Assembly: GCA_028404565.1 (NCBI GenBank)
Contig: JAOOBR010000005.1
Span: 2,454-66,453 of the forward strand
Direction of reading: 5' to 3'
Length of the DNA stretch: 64,000 nucleotides
Source of the DNA: Pseudomonadota bacterium
GTDB lineage: Bacteria > Pseudomonadota > Gammaproteobacteria > Magnimaribacterales > D2472
A program made the position numbers and the translations under genes. The first letter of the stretch is position 1. Each line of letters opens with the position of its first letter. Under the pieces are notes generated by a model, which saw nothing but the letters and a program-made list of their open reading frames with translations, made no database searches and was not told the origin of the DNA. Below are positions 50,944-58,476 of this stretch, piece by piece.

Positions 50944-53145
50944 ATGTTAAAAAACTTATCACTACAAACTTTATTTTCCATTTCTCTGTTATTTTTAAAT
51001 TCACAATTAAATGCAAATGATGCTCCAATTATTTTGCCAGGAGCGCCCGGTGAAGAATCTAAAAATTTGGATGCCGAGGATGCAACAAATATTGCTAATA
51101 CTTCCTATATTGAAGCTGACGTCAAGTTTCTTAAAGGAATGATAGTACACCACGAGCAGGCAATTCTTATGTCTAGCATGGTTGGCAAAAGAACAAATAA
51201 TCCCACTATTATTGATTTAGCAGATCGGATTGATGCATCTCAAGAGGATGAAATTAGCTTTATGGAAGGTTGGCTCATAGATAGAGGTGAAAATGTTCCT
51301 GAAGAAAGTGAACATTCTATGATGAGCCATCACGATATGGGAGATCATGACATGAGCATGCATCTAGATATGGTAGGTATGGCTAGTCCAAAACAATTAA
51401 AAGAATTAGAAAACTCTAAAAGTACTGACTTTGACAGACTCTTCCTTCAGTTAATGATTGCTCACCATGATGGCGCTCTTGAAATGGTAAAAGACCTAAA
51501 GAAGTTTTCAGGTGCTGCATATGATCCTATTTTGAATGAGTTTGTATCTGACCTTGTTAATGATCAGGGTGTAGAAATTGAAAGAATGAACACTATTGCT
51601 GTTGGTTTATCTGATGATCCAAGATCTGGACTTGCTCATGGTCTTTATACTGCAGACGAAGCAATTCTAAATTTAGAATTGATAGCTTCACTAAGAAAAC
51701 CAACAGGTTTTTATGATCCAAGTAATCCTGAAGGTAAAGGCTCAGAAGATCTCACTGAAGATAATGAAGGTAAAACGACTGAGGAAATTTCAAGATCTCT
51801 TAGATCACCGATGCTAAGTTTTTCAAATACTGATATGGCATTTAGAGATGACATATTGGTGGCAGGAAGTTATCACGGCTTTAATATGTATAAGATTGAC
51901 TCAGATGGAATCCCTAATCTTATATCATCAGTTGTTTGTCCAGGTGGTCAAGGCGACGTATCAATTGTTGGTGACATACTTATCATGTCTGTTGAAGAGA
52001 ACAGAAGTAGGATAGATTGTGGGCTTGAAGGTGTAAGCAGAGATGCAAGTCCTGAAAGGTTTAGAGGAATCAGAATATTTGATATCTCAGATTTAAAAAG
52101 GCCAAAACAAGTCGGCGCTGTTCAAACCTGCAGAGGTTCTCATACTCACTCTGTTGTCGATGGGCCAACAACGGATGGAAAAATAATTGTCTATAACTCT
52201 GGAACTGGCGGAGTGAGAGATGATGAAGAGATGGAAGAATGTATAGGAAATATTGCTGGTGATCAAAGAACAGCATTATTTAGAATAGATATTATAGAGA
52301 TACCAATTTCTGACCCATCTAAGTCTAGAATTGTATCAAGCCCAGCTGTATTCGCTGATCCTGAAACTGGATCATTAGCTGGTCTATGGAGGGGTGGTGA
52401 TCACGGAGATGATACTCAGGATACTCGAAGAACAGATCAGTGTCATGATATTACAGTCTTCCCTTCAGCAAAAATAGCTGCAGGTGCTTGTTCTGGAAAT
52501 GGAATACTTTTTGATATTTCTGATCCATATAATCCAAAAAGATTAGACGTTGTCACTGATATTGGTTTTGCATATTGGCATTCGGCTACTTTTAATAATG
52601 ATGGAACTAAAGTTATCTTCACTGATGAATGGGGTGGTGGCGGAAGAGCTAGATGTAGAGCATGGGATCCATTAGATTGGGGAGCAGATGCCATTTACGA
52701 TATTGTTGATAATAAATTAGAGTTTAGAAGCCATTACAAAATGCCAGCTCCGCAAATGGAAACAGAAAACTGTGTTGCACATAATGGCTCAATAATTCCG
52801 ATTCCTAACCGCGATATTTTCGTTCAAGCTTGGTACCAAGGCGGCCTTTCAATAATGGATTTTACAGATTCTTCAAATCCAATTGAGATAGCGTATTTCG
52901 ATAGAGGTCCAATTCTAAAAGATCTTTTAATCTCTGGGGGATACTGGTCGACTTATTATTACGAAGGTTTTATCTATGGCACGGAGATTAAAAGAGGTTT
53001 AGATGTGTTTAAACTCTTACCGAGTGAATACCTTAGCAAAGAGGAAATAGCTGCTGCAGAGAATGCCTATCCTGCTCAAGGTCCCAGGGTATTCAATCCA
53101 CAGCAACAAGTTCCATTAATTTGGCCAAGTGCTGGATCTGAATAG
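50944..53145 (+). CDS. Secreted fusion protein: DUF305 (four-helix, HH motifs) + Met/His-rich segment + LVIVD-repeat beta-propeller
   Basis: 733 aa with a signal peptide. DUF305 motifs (MIVHHEQAILM, MIAHHDGALEM), SEHSMMSHHDMGDHDMSMHLDMVGM, and C-terminal repeats with IFDISDLKRP / FDISDPYNP / IMDFTDSSNP. Confidence 0.7.
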   Translation: MLKNLSLQTLFSISLLFLNSQLNANDAPIILPGAPGEESKNLDAEDATNIANTSYIEADVKFLKGMIVHHEQAILMSSMVGKRTNNPTIIDLADRIDASQEDEISFMEGWLIDRGENVPEESEHSMMSHHDMGDHDMSMHLDMVGMASPKQLKELENSKSTDFDRLFLQLMIAHHDGALEMVKDLKKFSGAAYDPILNEFVSDLVNDQGVEIERMNTIAVGLSDDPRSGLAHGLYTADEAILNLELIASLRKPTGFYDPSNPEGKGSEDLTEDNEGKTTEEISRSLRSPMLSFSNTDMAFRDDILVAGSYHGFNMYKIDSDGIPNLISSVVCPGGQGDVSIVGDILIMSVEENRSRIDCGLEGVSRDASPERFRGIRIFDISDLKRPKQVGAVQTCRGSHTHSVVDGPTTDGKIIVYNSGTGGVRDDEEMEECIGNIAGDQRTALFRIDIIEIPISDPSKSRIVSSPAVFADPETGSLAGLWRGGDHGDDTQDTRRTDQCHDITVFPSAKIAAGACSGNGILFDISDPYNPKRLDVVTDIGFAYWHSATFNNDGTKVIFTDEWGGGGRARCRAWDPLDWGADAIYDIVDNKLEFRSHYKMPAPQMETENCVAHNGSIIPIPNRDIFVQAWYQGGLSIMDFTDSSNPIEIAYFDRGPILKDLLISGGYWSTYYYEGFIYGTEIKRGLDVFKLLPSEYLSKEEIAAAENAYPAQGPRVFNPQQQVPLIWPSAGSE

Positions 53146-53160
53146 CTATAGTCAATAGAT

Positions 53161-53526
53161 ATGTCTATTAATCTTTTCTCCATAGGAAGAGTACTAATTG
53201 GCATATATTTTCTACTCCCAGGAATTGCAAAAGTATTCCTTTTTTCAGCAAACTTAGATATTGTTATTGCAAAAGAAGTACCCTTCCCAGTTTTTTCTTT
53301 GTCTATTGTGGCAGTTGCTCAGATTTTATTAGGATCATTTATTATTTTCGGAAAACATTTAAAAATGAGCTCTATTGGCTTAGTAATAACCACCTTACTC
53401 ATAAATTTTTATATTCATGATTTTTGGAATTTAAGTGGAGACCCAAATCAAGCTCATGAGACACAAAATTTTGTGAAGAATTTGGGTATCCTAGCCGGAT
53501 TATTAATTTTATCTAAAGAAGACTAG
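53161..53526 (+). CDS. DoxX-family membrane protein
   Basis: 121 aa, four hydrophobic helices, GRVLIGIYFLLPGIAK N-terminus. 15 bp after the DUF305-LVIVD gene. Confidence 0.7.
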   Translation: MSINLFSIGRVLIGIYFLLPGIAKVFLFSANLDIVIAKEVPFPVFSLSIVAVAQILLGSFIIFGKHLKMSSIGLVITTLLINFYIHDFWNLSGDPNQAHETQNFVKNLGILAGLLILSKED

Positions 53527-53631
53527 CTTCCTTTTTTATTTGAGTTGAATAACGTGTATACTTTTTGATCCTAGGTTTAAGCAAAGCCTTTCAACTTAGA
53601 TTTTTGATTAGAAAACATTTAAAATAATTTT

Positions 53632-54882
53632 ATGGATAAATCAGTATTAATCTTTTATGCGATACCAGTTTTTTTTCTATTGATAATAATAGAATTCATC
53701 TATGGTCTCATTGTTAAAAATAATACATATAGAATTAATGACACTTTTGTAAGTATCTCTATTGGTTTGATTAGCAGATTTCCGGTTATATTGAATTTAG
53801 GCTTTAATGCTTTCCTTTTTACGTTGGCGGCTACAACCTTCAATCTTAAACTGCTTCCATTGGATAGCTGGGTAACTTGGGTTATAGCTTTCTTAATGTA
53901 TGACCTAACCTACTATATCCAACATAGACTGCACCACGAAATAAAAATCTTGTGGGCTACTCATGTTGTGCATCATCATGGTGAAGAATATAACCTAGCT
54001 ACAGCTTTGAGGCAGACAAGTACAGGCTTCCTTTGGAAATGGATGTTTTATGTTCCTATGATGGTGGTTGGGATACCTGCGGAAGTATTTGCAACAGTGG
54101 GTGGAATTAATCTTCTATACCAATACTGGGTTCATACTGAACATATTCCTAAACTAGGCTGGATGGAAAAGATTTTCATAACCCCGTCAAATCATAGAGT
54201 TCATCATGCAAAAAATCCTGAATATATTGATGCAAACTATGGAGGCGTGTTTATTATATGGGACAGAATCTTTGGAACCTACATCGAGGAAAAAGATGAT
54301 ATTAAACCTGTATATGGGACTGTTAAAGCATTAAATAGCTGGAATCCTGTCTGGGCAAATTTCCAAGTTTTCTACAATATGTTCTTGGATTCCATGAGAA
54401 CTAAAAAACTCTCTGATAAATTTAAAGTTTGGTATGCTCCAACTTATTGGCGTCCAAGTGATGTTGAAGAAAAGTATCCAAGCAAGCCAGTTGATCTAAA
54501 GAATAAATATAATCCCTTTATGTCGACTTCAACCAAAGTCTTCGCTGCAATACAGATGCTAGCGATGATTTTAATTTCTAATTCATTATTCCTAAATATA
54601 AATAGTTTTTCATATGAGCAGATAGCAATATTTGGTGCCATTTTAGTTGTCATTCCAACTATAACTGCTTTATTGATGCAAAATAGCCCTTTTGCTCTCC
54701 TTAGTGTGGGTACCTTAAATTTAGCTATTTTGATTGTTTGTTTATCAGGCCTAGTCCCTCTTCAAGCTCTTGCTACGCAATTTACATTATTCACTAGTTT
54801 GATAAATATAATATTCTTTGTTTATCAAATAACTTTTGCTGGCAAATATGAAGAATTCAAACTTAGTAATATCAGATCGTAG
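53632..54882 (+). CDS. Fatty-acid-hydroxylase superfamily membrane enzyme, alkylglycerol monooxygenase (AGMO)-like
   Basis: 416 aa. HRLHHEIKILWATHVVHHHGEEYNLATALRQ, NLLYQYWVHTEHI, PSNHRVHH, NYGGVFIIWDRIFGT follow the AGMO-type eight-His pattern. Confidence 0.7.
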   Translation: MDKSVLIFYAIPVFFLLIIIEFIYGLIVKNNTYRINDTFVSISIGLISRFPVILNLGFNAFLFTLAATTFNLKLLPLDSWVTWVIAFLMYDLTYYIQHRLHHEIKILWATHVVHHHGEEYNLATALRQTSTGFLWKWMFYVPMMVVGIPAEVFATVGGINLLYQYWVHTEHIPKLGWMEKIFITPSNHRVHHAKNPEYIDANYGGVFIIWDRIFGTYIEEKDDIKPVYGTVKALNSWNPVWANFQVFYNMFLDSMRTKKLSDKFKVWYAPTYWRPSDVEEKYPSKPVDLKNKYNPFMSTSTKVFAAIQMLAMILISNSLFLNINSFSYEQIAIFGAILVVIPTITALLMQNSPFALLSVGTLNLAILIVCLSGLVPLQALATQFTLFTSLINIIFFVYQITFAGKYEEFKLSNIRS

Positions 54883-55969
54883 ATTTCTCCGGTCTCCTTT
54901 TTTTAACTGCTATCATCATGAAGATGTTCTTTATGGAGTCTATAACAATAGGTTATATCCTCTTAGCTGCGGATATGATGACCAAGATCATTACAGGCAT
55001 CTTCGAAAATACTGTTGCTTATATGATGTGCCTGAAACTCCTTTAAGAATAACTGGCAAAGATAAGAAAAAGTTCTTAGAAAGAATATTTACTAGAAATA
55101 TAGATAAGATAAAAACTGGCAGGGCCGTATATGCATTTGCCTGTAATCATGATGGTGGGATATTAATGGATGGAGTTTTAATGCATCCAAGCGAAGATGA
55201 ATTTATTTATGTTCAAGCAAATGGCGATTTCATTAATTGGGCAACTGCGAACATAGGTAATCTTGATGTAAAAATAGAAGACTTTAATTCTTGGGTTCTT
55301 CAAATACAAGGGCCAACTTCACTAAATGTTCTCTCAAAAATAACTGACGCCAATCTAGAAGAATTTACATATTATTCATGCTCTAAAGTTAAAATCCTTA
55401 ATAAAGATTTTTATGTTTCCCGATCTGGTTGGACTGGAGAAAAAGGTTTTGAACTATATTCCGATGGTGATGACTTTTCAGGGGAAGAGCTGTGGAATTA
55501 TCTTCTTGAAGCTGGAAAAGATGACAAACTCATTGCTTCAGATATTGCATCAATGCACATAAGAAGGATTGAGGCTGGAATACTAGATTATGGAACAGAT
55601 TTTGATCAAAGATTTGATCCTTTTGATCTTGGATTACAAAAATTTATAGATTTTGACAAAAAGAATTTTATTGGAAAAGAAGCGTTAGTAAAAAAAGAGA
55701 AAAGTCCTATAAAAATTAGGGGTATAAAGTGCCATTCCGTAAAACCAGTTGTTGATGATGAATTACAGTTACTTGATGGTAAAGTTATTGGATCTGTAAC
55801 AGCCGGAGCGTGGTCTCCTTTTCTTGAAACAGGCATTGCTATAGTGCAATTAAATTGTGATTTGGAGGATCTTAGTGAAGCCAAATTAAAAAATAACGGA
55901 TGCATTCATGATGTTACGATATGTGACTTACCGTTCCATGATAAAGAAAAAAATATACCAATAGGTTAG
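54848..55969 (+). CDS. GcvT-family tetrahydrofolate-dependent aminomethyl/methyl-transferase (DmdA/LigM-like demethylase candidate)
   Basis: About 373 aa. Layout RRFLRSPFF...YGVYNNRLYP...DHYRHLRKYCCLYDV...ITGKD, then SRSGWTGEKGFELY and a C-terminal barrel. ATG at 54848 preferred over TTG at 54836; overlaps the upstream gene by 35 nt. Confidence 0.7.
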   Translation: MKNSNLVISDRRFLRSPFFNCYHHEDVLYGVYNNRLYPLSCGYDDQDHYRHLRKYCCLYDVPETPLRITGKDKKKFLERIFTRNIDKIKTGRAVYAFACNHDGGILMDGVLMHPSEDEFIYVQANGDFINWATANIGNLDVKIEDFNSWVLQIQGPTSLNVLSKITDANLEEFTYYSCSKVKILNKDFYVSRSGWTGEKGFELYSDGDDFSGEELWNYLLEAGKDDKLIASDIASMHIRRIEAGILDYGTDFDQRFDPFDLGLQKFIDFDKKNFIGKEALVKKEKSPIKIRGIKCHSVKPVVDDELQLLDGKVIGSVTAGAWSPFLETGIAIVQLNCDLEDLSEAKLKNNGCIHDVTICDLPFHDKEKNIPIG

Positions 55970-55971
55970 AA

Positions 55972-56832
55972 ATGTTTGATGATAAGGAATTAATTTTTAC
56001 TGCGGAAACAACACCAGATCTGTCTATGGATTTAGAAAGCAGTGTCAATAAGATTATCCCTTTAGTTGGTTTGGCGGATGCTGTAAATATCACTGATTCA
56101 CCAAACTGTAAAACTAAGTTATCCAGTATTCTTGTTGCAGCAGAAATTAAGAGAAAAGGACTAGATGTTATTCTGCAATTAACGGGTAGAGATAGGAATA
56201 GAATTGCCATTGAATCTGAAATAATTGGCGCTGCTTCAATAGATATAAATAAGGTTCTTTGTTTGACTGGTGACCAACCTGGTGAAGATGGTCCCAAAGC
56301 TGTAAATGAATTTAATGGTGCTTCCCTTATTGAGTTAATTGATACACTTAATTCAGGAAAAATAACAGATGGAACGGAGATTGCTTCACCAAAAAAAATC
56401 TATGCAGGAGCCGCAGATGATTTATATACCCACCAATCCAAGCCAGAGGCAATCGGTTCCTTGATGTCCAAGATAAATTCAGGTGCAAAGTTTGTACAAA
56501 CTCAATATTGCTTTGATATAGATATTATAAAGCTCTATTCAGATTTACTTTTAAATAATGGGAAAGATGGTTCTTGGAAAGTATTAGTCGGCATGGGTCC
56601 ATTAAAATCTGCAAAACAGGCAGACTGGATGAGAAAAAATCTTTGGGGTATAAATATTTCTGATGAAATTGTAGAGCGATTAGATAAAAGTGAGGATCCA
56701 ATTTCAGAAGGTGAAAAGTTATGCGTTGAGCTCATTCATCAAATCAAAGATCTTCCAGGCATTGATGGGGTTCATCTAATGGGTCCTAATTGCGAAAGTC
56801 AGTCTGCAAATATAATCAAAGCTTTAACTTAA
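55972..56832 (+). CDS. Methylenetetrahydrofolate reductase (MetF)-like protein
   Basis: 286 aa. MTHFR TIM-barrel pattern (TAETTPDLS, NITDSP, QLTGRDRN, LCLTGD, FVQTQYCFD). 2 bp after the GcvT-like gene. Confidence 0.75.
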   Translation: MFDDKELIFTAETTPDLSMDLESSVNKIIPLVGLADAVNITDSPNCKTKLSSILVAAEIKRKGLDVILQLTGRDRNRIAIESEIIGAASIDINKVLCLTGDQPGEDGPKAVNEFNGASLIELIDTLNSGKITDGTEIASPKKIYAGAADDLYTHQSKPEAIGSLMSKINSGAKFVQTQYCFDIDIIKLYSDLLLNNGKDGSWKVLVGMGPLKSAKQADWMRKNLWGINISDEIVERLDKSEDPISEGEKLCVELIHQIKDLPGIDGVHLMGPNCESQSANIIKALT

Positions 56833-56886
56833 ATCTCTTTTTCTTTTTTTATTCGCTTAATGTATATACAATATGCAAAATAATGT

Positions 56887-56962
56887 GGGGCTATAGCTCA
56901 GCTGGGAGAGCACCTGCTTTGCAAGCAGGGGGTCCGCGGTTCGATCCCGCGTAGCTCCACCA
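56887..56962 (+). tRNA. tRNA-Ala (anticodon UGC)
   Basis: 76 nt, GGGGCTATAGCTCAGCTGGGAGAGCACCTGCTTTGCAAGCAGGGGGTCCGCGGTTCGATCCCGCGTAGCTCCACCA. Full cloverleaf, G3:U70 alanine identity pair, encoded CCA. Confidence 0.97.
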
Positions 56963-56972
56963 TTTTTATAAT

Positions 56973-57368
56973 CTAAGCTTCTTTATAGGGATTCCATAAA
57001 ACTAGGTTTTTGGTCTTTAACCTATTTGTTACTATCCTAAATCTTGATTGCTCTTCACGCCATTCCTTCAACCATTTTTCGCCATCTCTTTCAGCATCAA
57101 TAAAAACTGCATTTGTGAAAATCAAAGGAATAAGTATTGATAGGTGAACAATAATACTAGTAGAAATACTATAGTTTATAAACCCAAGCCAAAAGATCGC
57201 AATTAGTCCAAAAGCAACGCTCCATAATGAAAACAAAATAAGCATGAAGTAGGTTTGTAAACTTGGGTCTGGGATATGTTTCAAGGGATTATATTTTACA
57301 TCCATGACAACCCTCCAGCTATCAACAATAAACAAAATAATGCGTTTAAAAATATTAGGCTTCTTCAT
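56973..57368 (-). CDS. Small integral membrane protein, unknown function
   Basis: About 131 aa, three hydrophobic helices and a charged C-terminal tail. ATG at 57368 (MKKPNIF) preferred over the track's TTG at 57383. Overlaps the upstream gene's stop. Confidence 0.55.
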   Translation of the reverse strand: MKKPNIFKRIILFIVDSWRVVMDVKYNPLKHIPDPSLQTYFMLILFSLWSVAFGLIAIFWLGFINYSISTSIIVHLSILIPLIFTNAVFIDAERDGEKWLKEWREEQSRFRIVTNRLKTKNLVLWNPYKEA

Positions 57369-57774
57369 TATTTTCACTCTCAAGTATTTTAAGTTTTGAC
57401 AAACTATTCTTATCTTTAAGGCTCATAATATAGGCCGCAACGGACAATAATAAAATGCCAGATGCTTCATAGATAATATTAATAGCATCTAGGCCTTTGC
57501 TTTGAAGAATTATCATTCTTGTTAATGCAGTAATTGCAATAATTATAGGCAGAGTAACTGGGATCCTATTGTCTCTATAAAACACCCCGACCATGCCAAG
57601 CACTTCAGCATAAATAAATAATAGAAATAGATCACTCAAATTGACAGTCATCACATCAAATATTCGTACTAGCTCAATTATTGTTGCTCCTATAGTAGCC
57701 ACAGCGATAATGAGCAAAATTACTTGTTCAGCTATCCAAATAGATGATTGAATAGGGTTAGTCTTTTTACTCAT
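57355..57774 (-). CDS. PsiE (phosphate-starvation-inducible E)-like membrane protein
   Basis: About 139 aa. AEQVILLIIAVATIGATIIELVRIF...LLFIYAEVLGMV...VTLPIIIAITALTRMIIL fits the PsiE family pattern. ATG at 57774 forms an ATGAGTAA overlap with the upstream stop. Confidence 0.55.
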   Translation of the reverse strand: MSKKTNPIQSSIWIAEQVILLIIAVATIGATIIELVRIFDVMTVNLSDLFLLFIYAEVLGMVGVFYRDNRIPVTLPIIIAITALTRMIILQSKGLDAINIIYEASGILLLSVAAYIMSLKDKNSLSKLKILESENNEEA

Positions 57775-58210
57775 AAGAAACCTCTCTTTTTTGTGAATGT
57801 GCTCCATAGAAACTATGCAAAAAATAGAACCAGAATGCATTGATTATAGGCTCAACAAAAGCATCTATTGCAGCAAGGTTTACTGTGGCTGAGAATATTA
57901 TTACAGCACAAGTCGTTGCAATAAAAATATGTCCAATAGTGTATACGATGGTTAGAGTTATTTTTCCTAGAATCTCAGCAAAAACTTTGTGAAGCGCATA
58001 AAACCAAAAGCCATTCATAACTGGCTCAATAAAAGCATCTATTGCAGCAAGATTAAGTGGAGCGTCAAATATAAAAGCAGCACACAGAATAGCAATCCAT
58101 ATATGACCAATGGTATAAATCACTGCCAAACCGAAACTGCCAAGATTTTTTGCAAAAGCTTCAAATCTGTTTATTAGGGCTAAATAACTCTTAACTATAT
58201 ATTTAGTCAT
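57767..58210 (-). CDS. Membrane protein built from an internal tandem duplication of a roughly 58-residue two-helix module
   Basis: 147 aa. ...VIYTIGHIWIAILCAAFIFDAPLNLAAIDAFIEPVMNGFWFYALH and ...IVYTIGHIFIATTCAVIIFSATVNLAAIDAFVEPIINAFWFYFLH. The duplication is also visible in the DNA (gcatctattgcagcaag occurs in both halves). Confidence 0.6.
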   Translation of the reverse strand: MTKYIVKSYLALINRFEAFAKNLGSFGLAVIYTIGHIWIAILCAAFIFDAPLNLAAIDAFIEPVMNGFWFYALHKVFAEILGKITLTIVYTIGHIFIATTCAVIIFSATVNLAAIDAFVEPIINAFWFYFLHSFYGAHSQKREVSYE

Positions 58211-58251
58211 ATTTAGATTCTATATTGATTTTTTTAGATAATACAATTTTT

Positions 58252-58286
58252 AAAACAAAAAAAATGGGGTGACTTAAAGTCACCCC
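58252..58286 (-). terminator. Intrinsic terminator, minus-strand polarity
   Basis: GC-rich hairpin GGGGTGAC-TTAAA-GTCACCCC (58266-58286). On the minus strand it is followed by A-U8-G-U4 (58265-58252). Confidence 0.75.
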
Positions 58287-58388
58287 AATGAATGATTAGA
58301 GAGAATAACCGTCAAAAAGGGGAAAGTGTATTGCATTCTAATCATTATGAGAGTTTTAAGTTAAGGGCGACTGAGTCGCCCTTTTTTT
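58266..58388 (+). ncRNA. Candidate small structured RNA (three stem-loops ending in an intrinsic terminator); strand and existence unproven
   Basis: Stem-loop 58266-58286. An 11-bp stem pairs 58291-58301 (AATGATTAGAG) with 58336-58346 (TTCTAATCATT). Terminator hairpin 58365-58381 plus T7. No ORF longer than 6 codons on either strand. Confidence 0.3.
58363..58388 (+). terminator. Intrinsic terminator, plus-strand polarity
   Basis: Hairpin GGGCGAC-TGA-GTCGCCC (58365-58381) followed by TTTTTTT (58382-58388). No plus-strand CDS upstream. Confidence 0.6.
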
Positions 58389-58476
58389 AAAATGAAGAGC
58401 TAAGGGGTGTGTGATTAAAGGAAGTATTACCCGATTAACTCTTTATCCTCAACTTAAAACTTATCAAACTCCCAAA

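Noticed and set aside
58211-58265. Confident sigma-70 promoter for the candidate plus-strand sRNA
   Set aside because: TTGATT (58225-58230) and TACAAT (58242-58247) are only 11 nt apart, and other hexamer pairs are poor. In this AT-rich spacer promoter-like hexamers are too frequent to call, so the transcript start is left open.
56963-58476. tRNA-Ala-anchored genomic island (integrative element)
   Set aside because: No integrase is present, and I could not find a direct repeat of the tRNA 3' end downstream. The adjacent genes are oriented toward the tRNA and look like part of the receptor-linked cluster.
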